In this document: in pieces, positions 34,085 to 44,434 of the stretch | Numbering within the stretch: position 1 is the first letter of the stretch | Layout: every line of letters starts with the position of its first letter | DNA from: a virus | IMG/VR virus record: IMGVR_UViG_3300033998_000398 | Location: 1 to 47,484 of that record | DNA: 47,484 nt | Strand: one strand, 5' to 3' | The notes under the pieces: model-generated | Seen by the model: only the letters and a program-made list of their open reading frames with translations | The model's database searches: none | What the model was told of the DNA's origin: nothing | Made by a program: the position numbers and the translations under genes

Positions 34085-36133
34085 TTAAAAGAAATCAGTG
34101 AGAGATTTCTGGATATGTTTCTCAGGTAAAGCAAGTTTCTTCAGAATCCTCTCCACCTGAACATTAATCCATTTACGGTCTATCACATACCCATTATCCA
34201 GACTGAAATCAGCACAAGGTTCATGAGTCATCGGGTACAGGATAACCCTCCTTTTACCCTTAACCTTATTAATAATCTGGTAAACCTTACAGGCATAATG
34301 ATAGAAACCCCAATCAGGTTCACCCAGTCCATTCTCCAGCATATAACTACTATCATCCCAGATATTAATGGGTTCTCTTCTGGGTTTATGCTTAATACTG
34401 AAATAACTGAGTGGTTCAGTACTAATCTTTTCAGCAATAAAACCCTCTAATTCCTCTCTAATCTCAGATTTATATTTACATCCATCAAAGAGTACCAGTT
34501 CCAGTATCTTATTGGTTACATCTGCCTGAAACTGACTATTCTTTTTATTATGGAATGAGGCACCTTTAAGGTACATCTTACCATTTTTCAGGTAAGCATA
34601 ATTGTTCTTATTAACAATCCATAGTTTCTCATAGAGTCCTTCAAATTCCAGTTGTATATACTTGTTTTCTGTCCCTGTAATGTCCTGCCATGCCTGATTC
34701 ACAATTTCCTGTATAGCCTTATCTGTTATGCAATTATCCTCTGGGAACTGCAAGAATAATGAATCAGTCTTACCATACACTGTTTCAATATCCAGTATCT
34801 CCTTCAATAGTCTGCTGGTTCTCCTAAGGAGGTTTCTACCCACATAAGTGACTGTACCTGCCAGATGGGTGCCTCCAAGGATGAATTTAGCGGTTTTCTG
34901 TGATAATATCCCATAAATACTGTTGGCAAGGATTTTCACCGCTAACTGTTCATTATCCTTACCCTCAGCCTTATACTGTTTCCTCAGATTAAGCAACTCA
35001 GAAATATAAGTGTCAAGGACTCCAGGCTTATCATTCATCAAAGCCTCAGGATTTATAGTCATATTTATGTCTTTATCATGGGATTCCCGTATAACATCCT
35101 CAGAATAGTTCTCTGGTGATAAGCAAAGATTCCTGATAATATTTGGGTATAGGGAATTGAAGTCATAGACTCTAACATCATAGTATATACCATCATTGTT
35201 GAAATTGTATCCTCCACCAAAATCACCACCATAATCCCTAAAGACATGTGTAACTACTTTTTTATCCTCAAATAGTCTCTTATTATAGAAACAGTTACCT
35301 ATATGACTGTTTGAGTGGATTTTATCCCAGTCACACCATGTTAATTCCCATAAGACTTTGAGGAAATTCTCCATGTCCAGTTTCTCATATATTTCCCTGG
35401 TAACCCTCACATCCTGAATGTTATACTCCACCAATTCCTTGAACCTACCCTCCTTCCAAAGTTTAACTGGGTTATCAACCTCTAATTTCCTGGATACACC
35501 CAGTTGTTTAGCGATACTATCCAATGAACCACTATAAAAGAGTTTATTAGCGATTCTCATTACATCCTGTTGAATATAGTTTCTGGAGTTGAAATTAATT
35601 CCCAGTAGATTGCAGCGGGTTTCAAGGAAATCAGTGTCGAACCCTATACTATTGAACCCTATTAGACTCAGGATATTATTGTCAGACAGGTACTTGATGA
35701 AACCCAATATACAGTCTTCTTCATCCCCATCCTCACCTTTATTGAGAGTATAATATTCTTTACCAGTATAAGAGTCAATCCAGCAAATACTGGTTATTTC
35801 ACCCTCCAATGGATTCAGGGATGTTGTTTCAATATCATAAAATACTGCCCTTGGAGGTTCAGGATGTATTTTATGGAAATACTGTAATTTAGCCGCTGTG
35901 ACATAATCATACCCATATTTATCCTCTAATATGCAAGGGACTGGTTTATCAGGTATGAATTCTTTTCTACCCTTACATAATTTCATTTTTTTACCTGTAA
36001 AGATGTCAGTGAAATCTCCATTCTCAGATTCCACTACCCACATCATCTTTTTAGGTACAACTCTCCTTTTCAGTTCTCCATCCTGATACCACTTTAAAAC
36101 TATCTTATTTGGGAAAATTCTTACATTTATCAT
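34085..36133 (-). CDS. polB: Family B DNA polymerase with 3'-5' exonuclease domain
   Basis: YDIET, FNSIGFD, YNIQD exonuclease motifs; DFNSLYP, KILANSIYG, YGKTDS polymerase motifs. Confidence 0.95.
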   Translation of the reverse strand: MINVRIFPNKIVLKWYQDGELKRRVVPKKMMWVVESENGDFTDIFTGKKMKLCKGRKEFIPDKPVPCILEDKYGYDYVTAAKLQYFHKIHPEPPRAVFYDIETTSLNPLEGEITSICWIDSYTGKEYYTLNKGEDGDEEDCILGFIKYLSDNNILSLIGFNSIGFDTDFLETRCNLLGINFNSRNYIQQDVMRIANKLFYSGSLDSIAKQLGVSRKLEVDNPVKLWKEGRFKELVEYNIQDVRVTREIYEKLDMENFLKVLWELTWCDWDKIHSNSHIGNCFYNKRLFEDKKVVTHVFRDYGGDFGGGYNFNNDGIYYDVRVYDFNSLYPNIIRNLCLSPENYSEDVIRESHDKDINMTINPEALMNDKPGVLDTYISELLNLRKQYKAEGKDNEQLAVKILANSIYGILSQKTAKFILGGTHLAGTVTYVGRNLLRRTSRLLKEILDIETVYGKTDSLFLQFPEDNCITDKAIQEIVNQAWQDITGTENKYIQLEFEGLYEKLWIVNKNNYAYLKNGKMYLKGASFHNKKNSQFQADVTNKILELVLFDGCKYKSEIREELEGFIAEKISTEPLSYFSIKHKPRREPINIWDDSSYMLENGLGEPDWGFYHYACKVYQIINKVKGKRRVILYPMTHEPCADFSLDNGYVIDRKWINVQVERILKKLALPEKHIQKSLTDFF

Positions 36134-36170
36134 ACACCAAACACCACCATTTAAAAAAAGGAATGATTAA

Positions 36171-38117
36171 TTAGAATTCATAAAACTCAGAATCTTCAAA
36201 ACTATTATATCCATCAAGGATTGACAGTTCTGGGATTAATGGTTCACTGTAGTCAAGGCTTGGTAATGTCATAACCTCATAATCCTGTTCAATTTCCAGT
36301 TCAAAGTCGGAAATATCCCCTACATAAACCAGTTTTTTACGGGATTTCTTGGCTTTAATCTTTTTTAACCCAATACTTACCTTGAAATCCTCTATAACAT
36401 CATCTATCATTGTCCCGTATCGTTGCTTGGCAAGGTTAATGTATCCGGCATCTAATTCGAGCTTGTTAATGTAACTAATATTGTTTTTAATGTAGAATAG
36501 GACTGGTGTGAACCTGTCGGGTGCGTATTTGTCTGGTATCCTCCAGTACCCAATGTATTCCCTCATCTTTTTTAATGTGTCCCTGAGTTTATCCTCCTTC
36601 CTTTTCACCTCTGAAACTATATTGTTGAGTTCAGTGGTAGCATAGTACTTATCAAGGAGGATTTTAACTGTGAAGAACTTATTAGATTCCTCTATAATTT
36701 TATCTTCATACATATCCGTCCCATGACTCTCCAGTAATTCAAAGAAATGGTCTTTAATTTCATGCTCCTGTATAACCTCATATTCATCAAGTAATAGTTC
36801 AAGGAGGTTCAGGCTATGTATGTCCATGTCGAAGGATGCCAGTGTAAGGTTATCCTCATACATTAAGGAGAAATAGTTTATCATGTCTTCGACTGTGACA
36901 AATATCCATTTCTCACCATTAATCTCGTAAATATCCTTATTGGGTAGGTTTAGGAGTGCAAGGTTTCTAACCAGGTAATCCTGTTTTTTTCCTATTCTAC
37001 GGTAGAGTTTATTGTTTTCAAAGAGTTTCTGTAGGAATGGTAGGTATGGGTTGAATACATTAATGTCGTCATAGTTGATTATAAATTCAACATATCCCCT
37101 TATCTGTCGCTTATGGTACTCTATTTCCTTTAATTCTTCATCTGTGAGTACGCTGGTGGCTAATTCAAATTCTTTAAAATCTTCATGGTTCCTAATGTTA
37201 GGTGTGTAGGTTATTCCCCTACTGGTGTCTTGGTCTGATACTTCTTTATTGTTAGCTACTTTGGAGTAGCATAGTGCTGTGCCTCCGTATAGTTCGATTG
37301 GCATTACTGATAATCCATCGGGTGCTGTTTTCTGTGATTTGTAGTAGCCTTCACTGTTCAGGATTTTCACTATGCTGAGGACTTCTGCCATGACTTCCTG
37401 TGCTACTTCTTCCCCTAAATCTCCAAACCTGACCGTTTTGTTCTGGAATATGTATGGGTCTTCAAGTGCCAGGTTTTTAAATCCTGCAGCAGTTGAACCA
37501 TTGAGTATCATCCAGTGTTTGTCGCTTATGAGTTCACAGGCACATTTTTCTACATGTGATTTTCCTGTTCCGCTGGCACTCTCAGAGATGATGTTCATGG
37601 GTTCTCCTTTAGCGGTGGAAATCATTGCAAGGAGGACTTTAATGATGTTTCCTTCTTCTTTGGCACTGATTAGTCTGCAGACACTGGCTATATAGGAGAT
37701 TACATTCCTGTTTTCCTGTTTAAATTTATTGTAGAATTGTTCCCCTATTATCTGGAGTTCTCTGTATTCATTTTCTTTTTTATTGACTATTGCCTGTTTA
37801 GTGTTCTCTATCTTTTCCAGTACGATATTTTCCAGTTTTATGAATGTGCTGCTGACCAGGCTGGTGTTTTCATCCTTGGTTTCTGGTGTCCCATAAATGA
37901 TTTTATGTGGTTTTGTGAACATATTAGCATTTTGGGACTGTTCTGTGGGTGGTTTGGGACTTATACGGCTGAATACTTCTATGAATTTGTCATCCTCTTT
38001 CTCATATATTTTGTATTCCCATTTTTTATCTTTGAGTGTAAGGGATAGTTTTACTTCCATTGTGATTTTAGGGTTAACTTTTAATTCTACAATTTCTTCA
38101 GCCGTATAATTCCTCAT
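36171..38117 (-). CDS. Putative replicative helicase (P-loop/AAA+ ATPase)
   Basis: SASGTGKSHV Walker A, FGDL, SRG finger-like motif; adjacent to polB. Confidence 0.65.
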   Translation of the reverse strand: MRNYTAEEIVELKVNPKITMEVKLSLTLKDKKWEYKIYEKEDDKFIEVFSRISPKPPTEQSQNANMFTKPHKIIYGTPETKDENTSLVSSTFIKLENIVLEKIENTKQAIVNKKENEYRELQIIGEQFYNKFKQENRNVISYIASVCRLISAKEEGNIIKVLLAMISTAKGEPMNIISESASGTGKSHVEKCACELISDKHWMILNGSTAAGFKNLALEDPYIFQNKTVRFGDLGEEVAQEVMAEVLSIVKILNSEGYYKSQKTAPDGLSVMPIELYGGTALCYSKVANNKEVSDQDTSRGITYTPNIRNHEDFKEFELATSVLTDEELKEIEYHKRQIRGYVEFIINYDDINVFNPYLPFLQKLFENNKLYRRIGKKQDYLVRNLALLNLPNKDIYEINGEKWIFVTVEDMINYFSLMYEDNLTLASFDMDIHSLNLLELLLDEYEVIQEHEIKDHFFELLESHGTDMYEDKIIEESNKFFTVKILLDKYYATTELNNIVSEVKRKEDKLRDTLKKMREYIGYWRIPDKYAPDRFTPVLFYIKNNISYINKLELDAGYINLAKQRYGTMIDDVIEDFKVSIGLKKIKAKKSRKKLVYVGDISDFELEIEQDYEVMTLPSLDYSEPLIPELSILDGYNSFEDSEFYEF

Positions 38118-38284
38118 CTGAAGCCCTCCTGTCTTAATAATTCTTTATAATGGCTTATACATTCCTTATAATACTCTATAAGCCAGTAATCATCATCGGT
38201 TAATACTCCTGATTTCAGGATATTCTTTATTTCAGCTGTATCCTTATCAATACGCTTAAGGTAAAAAAAGACATCCTCTAACAT
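38114..38284 (-). CDS. Small protein, 56 aa (MLEDVFFYLKRID...)
   Basis: Hand translation; ATGA overlap with the helicase start. Confidence 0.55.
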   Translation of the reverse strand: MLEDVFFYLKRIDKDTAEIKNILKSGVLTDDDYWLIEYYKECISHYKELLRQEGFR

Positions 38285-38393
38285 GGTAGACAACCACCCA
38301 ACGCTGAAAAATAGAAAAGTAAATAAAGGATAAACTAATAATTAGAATATTGTAGAACACCGGAAAATAATAAGGAATAAGGGATAATTTCCC

Positions 38394-38900
38394 TTATTCT
38401 CCTATTTCTATGTCGCTGAAGATGAACCTGTAGTAGTTGAAGTTTCCATCATCGACTTCTTCTGCTCCAACTTTGCCGTATTTGACTTTATCAAGTGTCT
38501 CCTGAAGTTTACCCCAATCGATGTCAAAGTAATCGGTTTCCCCATCTCCTGTAAGTGCATATATGAGTGGGTAGAGTTTGTTGCGTCGGCCGATAGTTAC
38601 AACATCTTTTTTAAATGGGAATCTGAACTGTATTGTTAGGCGTTCTTCAAGTTCATCATTATAGATGTTCAGGAATGCTTTTGTTACTTTGTCATTATCG
38701 TATTCAAATTCCATGATGTCTGAGAGTCTCATCCCTGAGAACTCATACATTTCACCATCCTCATAGATGTCAGCAATGTCTATTGGTTCAAGTTCCTCAT
38801 AGTCCATCCTTGCCCTGTCCAGTTCAGATACTTCTTTCCTTTCCAGTTCACCAACAGTCTTTTTAACTACAAAATCCATAGTTTTACCTCCAAAATACAT
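38394..38900 (-). CDS. Acidic hypothetical protein (possible SSB)
   Basis: Between recombinase-like and helicase genes; function is inference only. Confidence 0.55.
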   Translation of the reverse strand: MYFGGKTMDFVVKKTVGELERKEVSELDRARMDYEELEPIDIADIYEDGEMYEFSGMRLSDIMEFEYDNDKVTKAFLNIYNDELEERLTIQFRFPFKKDVVTIGRRNKLYPLIYALTGDGETDYFDIDWGKLQETLDKVKYGKVGAEEVDDGNFNYYRFIFSDIEIGE

Positions 38901-38922
38901 GTTTTTTTATGAAATTGTGGTT

Positions 38923-39201
38923 TTAGTTTAGGTTGTTTAGTTCAAATATGCGGTTTCTTGCCTGTGTTATATGGTAGTGTGCTTCTTCATCTGTTACAAC
39001 ATTGTATAAAAAGTTGAATGCTAACTTAAGAATGTCAAGTTCGATGTCAAGTTTTGAGCACTCATACTGGTATACCAGTTTCAGTGCCTCATCCTTTATC
39101 TTATCTGTCCTGTAACCTCTTCTAATCTTACGATTCATGTCTAATGGGTTTCTTATCTTTTTTAGTCTTTCTCTTAGTTGTTCTCTTGATAGTTTGAACA
39201 T
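38923..39201 (-). CDS. Hypothetical protein
   Basis: ORF in operon context. Confidence 0.55.
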   Translation of the reverse strand: MFKLSREQLRERLKKIRNPLDMNRKIRRGYRTDKIKDEALKLVYQYECSKLDIELDILKLAFNFLYNVVTDEEAHYHITQARNRIFELNNLN

Positions 39202-39694
39202 CCTGTGTTACCTCCTTATTTATATTAGATATTTCATCAAATGATACACTGCCAAAGTCAACCAGTTGACTTATTGCCCGTAAACAGGCTCTGGTGTGTG
39301 CCGTTCCTATAATGTCTCCAGCACCTTTTTTACCCTTTTCATTGCTTGAAGCGCCACTATAACCATCTGATATTTCACCATTGGGTAGTTTTGCCCGTAC
39401 ATGGAACCAGGCAAATTTAATTGAACCCTTTTCATTGTAGACTATGTCATGTTCTACGGTTTCAAGGGTTATCCCAAAGGCTTTTTTTAATTTATAGTAC
39501 CCTGATTTCACCATGAATGTTTGTGTCCCATTTTTACCCTGTAGTACATGGTAATCGGTTTCATCCATGATTTCCTGTTTGAGTGCCTCCAGGTATTCCT
39601 GGTATTTTTTTATTTCATCGACAGTTAGGTACTGGTTGTGCTTATTGAGTATTTCCTGCATTTCTTCATAATTGATTTGAGGCATATGTAGCAC
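39128..39694 (-). CDS. Single-strand annealing/recombination protein-like
   Basis: GTAHTRACLRAI...SFDEI resembles the A.TRA..RA motif of Rad52/ERF-type SSAPs. Confidence 0.55.
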   Translation of the reverse strand: MLHMPQINYEEMQEILNKHNQYLTVDEIKKYQEYLEALKQEIMDETDYHVLQGKNGTQTFMVKSGYYKLKKAFGITLETVEHDIVYNEKGSIKFAWFHVRAKLPNGEISDGYSGASSNEKGKKGAGDIIGTAHTRACLRAISQLVDFGSVSFDEISNINKEVTQDVQTIKRTTKRKTKKDKKPIRHES

Positions 39695-39740
39695 CTCCTC
39701 AATTAAAGGCGAAAAAGTTAAAGGTAATGGTATTTAAATG

Positions 39741-40079
39741 TTACGGTTGTGTACCATTACCTATTTTTTTAAGGGTAGCTCTAACCCTCCAATTCTTATC
39801 TTTACCTGTGACACCGCAGTAATCAGCACCACAGTATTTACATGTCCATTCACCTTCAGGCACTCTTTTAGGGTTAAACCTGAGTCCACCATGCTTTTTA
39901 CATAATGGACAGTAGTTTTCAAATTCAACATAGGTTAGTTTGTATTTAACTCCTCTTTTGGAGGGATATGCATAGGCTGCCACTATATCTGAATCGTTAG
40001 TTTTGACTTCATGAACACCATTTTTTATTTTCTTTGCATAGTATGCTGAGTCTCCTGTGTTCATTGCTGTCACTACCAT
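39741..40079 (-). CDS. Zn-ribbon protein
   Basis: NYCPLC...EGEWTCKYCGADYC. Confidence 0.7.
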   Translation of the reverse strand: MVVTAMNTGDSAYYAKKIKNGVHEVKTNDSDIVAAYAYPSKRGVKYKLTYVEFENYCPLCKKHGGLRFNPKRVPEGEWTCKYCGADYCGVTGKDKNWRVRATLKKIGNGTQP

Positions 40080-40127
40080 TAATCCTATGGTTAAAAGTGC
40101 TAAGTATTGTCGCTTAATCTAATCACC

Positions 40128-41828
40128 TCAAATGTTGAACCGTTTTCTATCTACAAATTCTGCTTTTTTACTATCATTCCATCCAGAAACCTTTTGCACG
40201 TATCCTGTTATCCTATCATAGATTTCAATGTCATAGGAGTTACAATTTGGACATTCCATGCCTCTGAATTGTGTGTGGCATGATTTGCATATACAGAATA
40301 CTGTGGTGAATGCCCAAAATCCAGTATCGGTTTTATCTATGATTTTACGGGTTAGGCTTTTTAATCCCATTGGGTGACTGATTTCACCCATGAACAGATT
40401 CAGGATGTTTCCACCTTGGGTTTTACGGTGGAATGGTGCTTCAATTACAATCTTATCGATTATATTTGTTTCAGAATTTACAGGGATATGTGTGCCATTA
40501 GTGTAATAATAGGCACCTTTAATCCCTTTGACATTAGAAACACCTCCATACATCTTTTCATTAAGGTTTGCAAATTTACCAGCGGTTGATTCAGCGGGTG
40601 AGGCGATTACAGTCCACCTGTACCCTGTTTCATCCTTTAATTCCTGTGCTTTGCGATTAATAAAGTCAAGTATTTGGTGTGCTTTGTATTCATTGAAATA
40701 TCCATCAAGTAGTTCAACTGCTTCATATAGTCCCACTATACCAAATGATAATGTACCATTCTCTAATCGGTAGTAGGGTTCACCATTCACATCCTTCTGG
40801 GATAAAAACTTTAAATGGTAGTGTTTATCCAGGTATTTCTTTGCTAATTCCCTCCTTTTTAGGAGTATACCTGCAGCAATATCCATATAATACTCAAGTT
40901 CAGAATAGAAATTCTCATAATCAATAGCATATCTTGGTAGATTCAGTGAAATGTAATTAATGTTTCCTGTTCTGATAACATCCTGTTCCCAGTCTCCAGT
41001 CCAGTTAGTTGCTAATCTGGTTCTGCAACCCATCATAGTCGCATAATTATCATCAATAGGCTGTGCAAAGTAGGGTAATCCAAATTTAGCAATCAGGTGA
41101 AATAAATCATCCCAGTCATCCAGATTTGTCCCTCTATTCACCTGGAATACACTGTTAGGAAATAGGTGTGGTTTTCCATTCCCATCACCCTCCATCATCA
41201 CATCTATGTAGGAGTGTGCTATCCTCTCCATTTCATCAATGTAATCACCATACACTCCTACCTGTTTGCCTGCAAACCATGCTGGTTCATCCATTAAGAA
41301 ATCAGGCATGGATAGGTCAATATTTATACTACTGAATATTGCCTGTCCACCCCTACTAACATAACTCATGTTCAGGTTAAAAATAAACATCTGCATTGCC
41401 TGTTTAAGGGTTTCATCATCCACACCCTTCACATAGGGTGCCAGGAATACATTGAAGAATGGTATGGATTGTCCACCGCTCATATTGGTCTGTCCCGCAC
41501 CCATTATTTGCCCTGCATGGTTTATGAGGGTATAAAGGTTCTTGGCAGGTTTAGCCATGCTGGTGTGTAGTCCATCTCCATCAACTTTTACCCCATTCCT
41601 GATAAAGAACCTCAAGTCGTGCTGCAGACAGTTTAATGGTCTGTAAAGGAAATATTCCATGTCATGGATGTGTATCCATCCCTCTTTATGGTATTTAACT
41701 TCATAGGGTGTTAATAGTTTCTGGTAAGCAATTCTCTTAGTTACTTTATCTGCAGCATACTTATGAAACATTTCAGGGTTGGGTGACATGTTAGCATTAT
41801 CTCTTATATCTTCAAGGATATCCATCAT
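40128..41828 (-). CDS. nrdD: Anaerobic (class III) ribonucleotide reductase, no ATP cone
   Basis: IHIHD, NCLQH, MGCRT, PAES, CxxC..CxxC and RITGY glycyl-radical motif. Confidence 0.95.
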   Translation of the reverse strand: MMDILEDIRDNANMSPNPEMFHKYAADKVTKRIAYQKLLTPYEVKYHKEGWIHIHDMEYFLYRPLNCLQHDLRFFIRNGVKVDGDGLHTSMAKPAKNLYTLINHAGQIMGAGQTNMSGGQSIPFFNVFLAPYVKGVDDETLKQAMQMFIFNLNMSYVSRGGQAIFSSINIDLSMPDFLMDEPAWFAGKQVGVYGDYIDEMERIAHSYIDVMMEGDGNGKPHLFPNSVFQVNRGTNLDDWDDLFHLIAKFGLPYFAQPIDDNYATMMGCRTRLATNWTGDWEQDVIRTGNINYISLNLPRYAIDYENFYSELEYYMDIAAGILLKRRELAKKYLDKHYHLKFLSQKDVNGEPYYRLENGTLSFGIVGLYEAVELLDGYFNEYKAHQILDFINRKAQELKDETGYRWTVIASPAESTAGKFANLNEKMYGGVSNVKGIKGAYYYTNGTHIPVNSETNIIDKIVIEAPFHRKTQGGNILNLFMGEISHPMGLKSLTRKIIDKTDTGFWAFTTVFCICKSCHTQFRGMECPNCNSYDIEIYDRITGYVQKVSGWNDSKKAEFVDRKRFNI

Positions 41829-41898
41829 GGTTTAATGCCTCCAATCAAGTTTTCTATATAAAAAAGTAAGGGAATGGGATGGTTTGACACCTCTTTTT

Positions 41899-42219
41899 TT
41901 AGGCTAAAGTTACCGCTTCAACTTGTTTTGCCATTGTGGATGATAGTGTTTCTATTAGGAAATTTAGGGATGATTCTTTACTTATGATTACTGTGTAGCC
42001 ATTATTGTATTCATAGTGCTGTGTCACCATGTCATAGTGCTTGGTGCAGTATTTGAAGAAATTATTAGCTGATTCATCATCCATTCCAAAGGTGAATTCA
42101 AGTGCTTCAGTGTCTGTCAGGTTCACATCTTTTATCCTGAATTCATTGTTTTCTATCATGTAGACTTTATTTTGGATAGTAACCCTTAATTTGTCCCTGA
42201 TTTTAACTATGTCCATCAT
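41899..42219 (-). CDS. Hypothetical protein
   Basis: ORF in operon context. Confidence 0.65.
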   Translation of the reverse strand: MMDIVKIRDKLRVTIQNKVYMIENNEFRIKDVNLTDTEALEFTFGMDDESANNFFKYCTKHYDMVTQHYEYNNGYTVIISKESSLNFLIETLSSTMAKQVEAVTLA

Positions 42220-42221
42220 TT

Positions 42222-42491
42222 TCAGTCCCTCTTACTCATTTCTGATAGGTAGGCTTCCATTGCAGTGATTTTATCCAGGATTTCCCCTACATCGTACTCA
42301 GCGATTCCTGCCACTACATGGTCTAACTTGAGGCACTCTTTATCCAGTTCATCGATGATTTCAGGGACAACATATTTACCTGCCCTTAAACCATCTATAA
42401 TATGTGCACCAACACCACATTGGGATAGGGTAGAACACCAGTAATCATTGTCAAATTCTACCCTACCATCTCTTTTAACTACAAACTCCAT
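42222..42491 (-). CDS. Hypothetical acidic protein
   Basis: RBS GGAGGT. Confidence 0.65.
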   Translation of the reverse strand: MEFVVKRDGRVEFDNDYWCSTLSQCGVGAHIIDGLRAGKYVVPEIIDELDKECLKLDHVVAGIAEYDVGEILDKITAMEAYLSEMSKRD

Positions 42492-42603
42492 ACTAATCTA
42501 CCTCCACTAATTTCTTTTTAAAAAAATAGAGAGTGAGAGTCCCCTCTTACATGTAAAAAAGGATTCTAATGATTATCAGCAATCTTGAATGTTAAAAAAA
42601 TGA

Positions 42604-42960
42604 TTACATGTTAATGGGTTCTAAAGAGTAGAACCCCCGGTCACAGAGTAGCACCCTGCACGCCATCTTTATATACCCCCGCAAAAATTTGACAGCACGA
42701 TTATAATCTTCTATGCCCGTAATCACATCATCTGCAAGATGTTCTATGTATTGTAGAACATTTTGCAGATTAGGTAGTCTCTGTAGTACTTCATGTACTT
42801 CATCTTTGGACATGAGATATGCGATTATATGCATATCTGATGTCTTTATGTCGACTGTATAACCCTTTCCTGACTTAAATACCTGCATTTCCAATCTAAT
42901 CACCTCTTGGATGATATTATTTGTGTTATATGTCCATGAGTGTGTAGATGTTTCTACCAT
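42604..42960 (-). CDS. Hypothetical protein, paralog of 46507..46803 (true start probably near MQVFKSG)
   Basis: Shared LQRLP, LE.LADD and ACRVL...GFY.LEPIN motifs; internal GAGGTG RBS. Confidence 0.75.
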   Translation of the reverse strand: MVETSTHSWTYNTNNIIQEVIRLEMQVFKSGKGYTVDIKTSDMHIIAYLMSKDEVHEVLQRLPNLQNVLQYIEHLADDVITGIEDYNRAVKFLRGYIKMACRVLLCDRGFYSLEPINM

Positions 42961-43354
42961 GGACTTTTCTCACTGTGAACCTGCCATCATGTTTAAGGAG
43001 GTAAGGCATTTTGGCAGGTGTTAGTGTACGGTGCATACCAGGTGATAATCTGGATTTAACAATATCATAGCATTCATTAGCGGTGTATATACCACCATTT
43101 TCTGTCATATACAGGTAAAGGTAGTCTTTAACCTTTTCCTTGGATGACAGTTTAATGTATCTGATTTTATCCTGTTTCCTTACCCAGTATTCCCTTTTAT
43201 TACAGGGTTCAAGTTGCATTTTGCAGAACCCAGCCTCCTTAATCGCTGCACTAATATCTTTAACAGTGCATTTGTATCCATCTTTGTGTAACTCATTTTT
43301 TAGGTCATATATGGATGTGAATGGTTGCATTTCTATTGCTTTAGTTACTATCAA
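42926..43354 (-). CDS. Basic protein, possibly tandem HTH DNA-binding
   Basis: Two short helical modules; assignment weak. Confidence 0.55.
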   Translation of the reverse strand: MIVTKAIEMQPFTSIYDLKNELHKDGYKCTVKDISAAIKEAGFCKMQLEPCNKREYWVRKQDKIRYIKLSSKEKVKDYLYLYMTENGGIYTANECYDIVKSRLSPGMHRTLTPAKMPYLLKHDGRFTVRKVHGRNIYTLMDI

Positions 43355-43716
43355 AGTCTTTTCCTCCAGAAATTCAGGATAATATCAGTTGGTTTGATGT
43401 CCTTAGCCCCACCAAAGCCATGTAAGTACCTACTTATACAATCTATATGAACTTTAACCCCAAAATCTGTTGGTTCACCTCCAAGATAGGTTATTATTGG
43501 AATACGACATAATATGCACCCAGAATAAGTACAATCGTATTCACCTGTAATAAAACAATACCAGTCATTCACTGCTTGATTATGAGAAATTTCAAACCAT
43601 CCATCATCAAGTGTTCTGATAGTAACAGGATGTCCAAACCCCTCATTAATCGTAAGGGTGTATTTATCCTCCATTACAGTCACATCATCATATTCACTGG
43701 TTATGATTTCAACCAA
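43351..43716 (-). CDS. Hypothetical early protein
   Basis: ORF in operon context. Confidence 0.65.
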   Translation of the reverse strand: MVEIITSEYDDVTVMEDKYTLTINEGFGHPVTIRTLDDGWFEISHNQAVNDWYCFITGEYDCTYSGCILCRIPIITYLGGEPTDFGVKVHIDCISRYLHGFGGAKDIKPTDIILNFWRKRL

Positions 43717-43745
43717 TCTATTAAAGTAGTACCTATCATCTTTAA

Positions 43746-44330
43746 TTACATAATTGCTTTTGAATCGTATCCCCCCTTAAAATAGTTCTTATTTAAGTAA
43801 ACCCCTACTATTTTACCATCTTTTACTTCAAAGACATAAATCTTGAAACTCTTATCCAAATCCAAACTTATACTATGCACTAATTTTGTAATGTAGTAAC
43901 TTGCCGGGAATAGGATAAAATTATAGAAACACCACTTGAAATTATCCCTATCAATAGTATCAAGTAAAGGGAAATCTATCTTGAAATTGTCCGGTTCAAC
44001 CTCAAAAGTAACTGTTAGGTATTCATCAAAAGTATAACCGGATATGATATAATTACGGTTAGCCTTATACAATTCGATGAACAATGCCTTATATGGTTCT
44101 GGGACACTATCAATAAGGTAATTTATGGTTTCACCTATAAGTAACTCCTTATCATGGGTTAGTAAATCCTCTCCAAGTTTGAACCAAGCATCAAGGATTT
44201 CTGTATTATCAAATATGTCAGTGTCAACATTTTCAGCGGTTTTCTTCAGTGTTTTGAATGTCTTTTTATCTACACTATCCATTCTGTAGAAACCATCTTG
44301 CACTTTATTCTGTCTTTTCAAAAGATTCAT
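43746..44330 (-). CDS. Hypothetical early protein
   Basis: RBS AGGTG. Confidence 0.7.
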   Translation of the reverse strand: MNLLKRQNKVQDGFYRMDSVDKKTFKTLKKTAENVDTDIFDNTEILDAWFKLGEDLLTHDKELLIGETINYLIDSVPEPYKALFIELYKANRNYIISGYTFDEYLTVTFEVEPDNFKIDFPLLDTIDRDNFKWCFYNFILFPASYYITKLVHSISLDLDKSFKIYVFEVKDGKIVGVYLNKNYFKGGYDSKAIM

Positions 44331-44341
44331 TTAAATCACCT

Positions 44342-44434
44342 TTATTTTAGTAGAACAGCAATTATCATTAGGATTATTACTGTAGAGGACACTATAATGT
44401 TATTCCAGTTAACCCCCAGATTATCCCATCTCAT
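44342..44434 (-). CDS. Small single-TM peptide, 30 aa (MRWDNLGVNWNNIIVSSTVIILMIIAVLLK)
   Basis: Hand translation; fills the gap exactly, stop adjoins the next RBS. Confidence 0.45.
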   Translation of the reverse strand: MRWDNLGVNWNNIIVSSTVIILMIIAVLLK

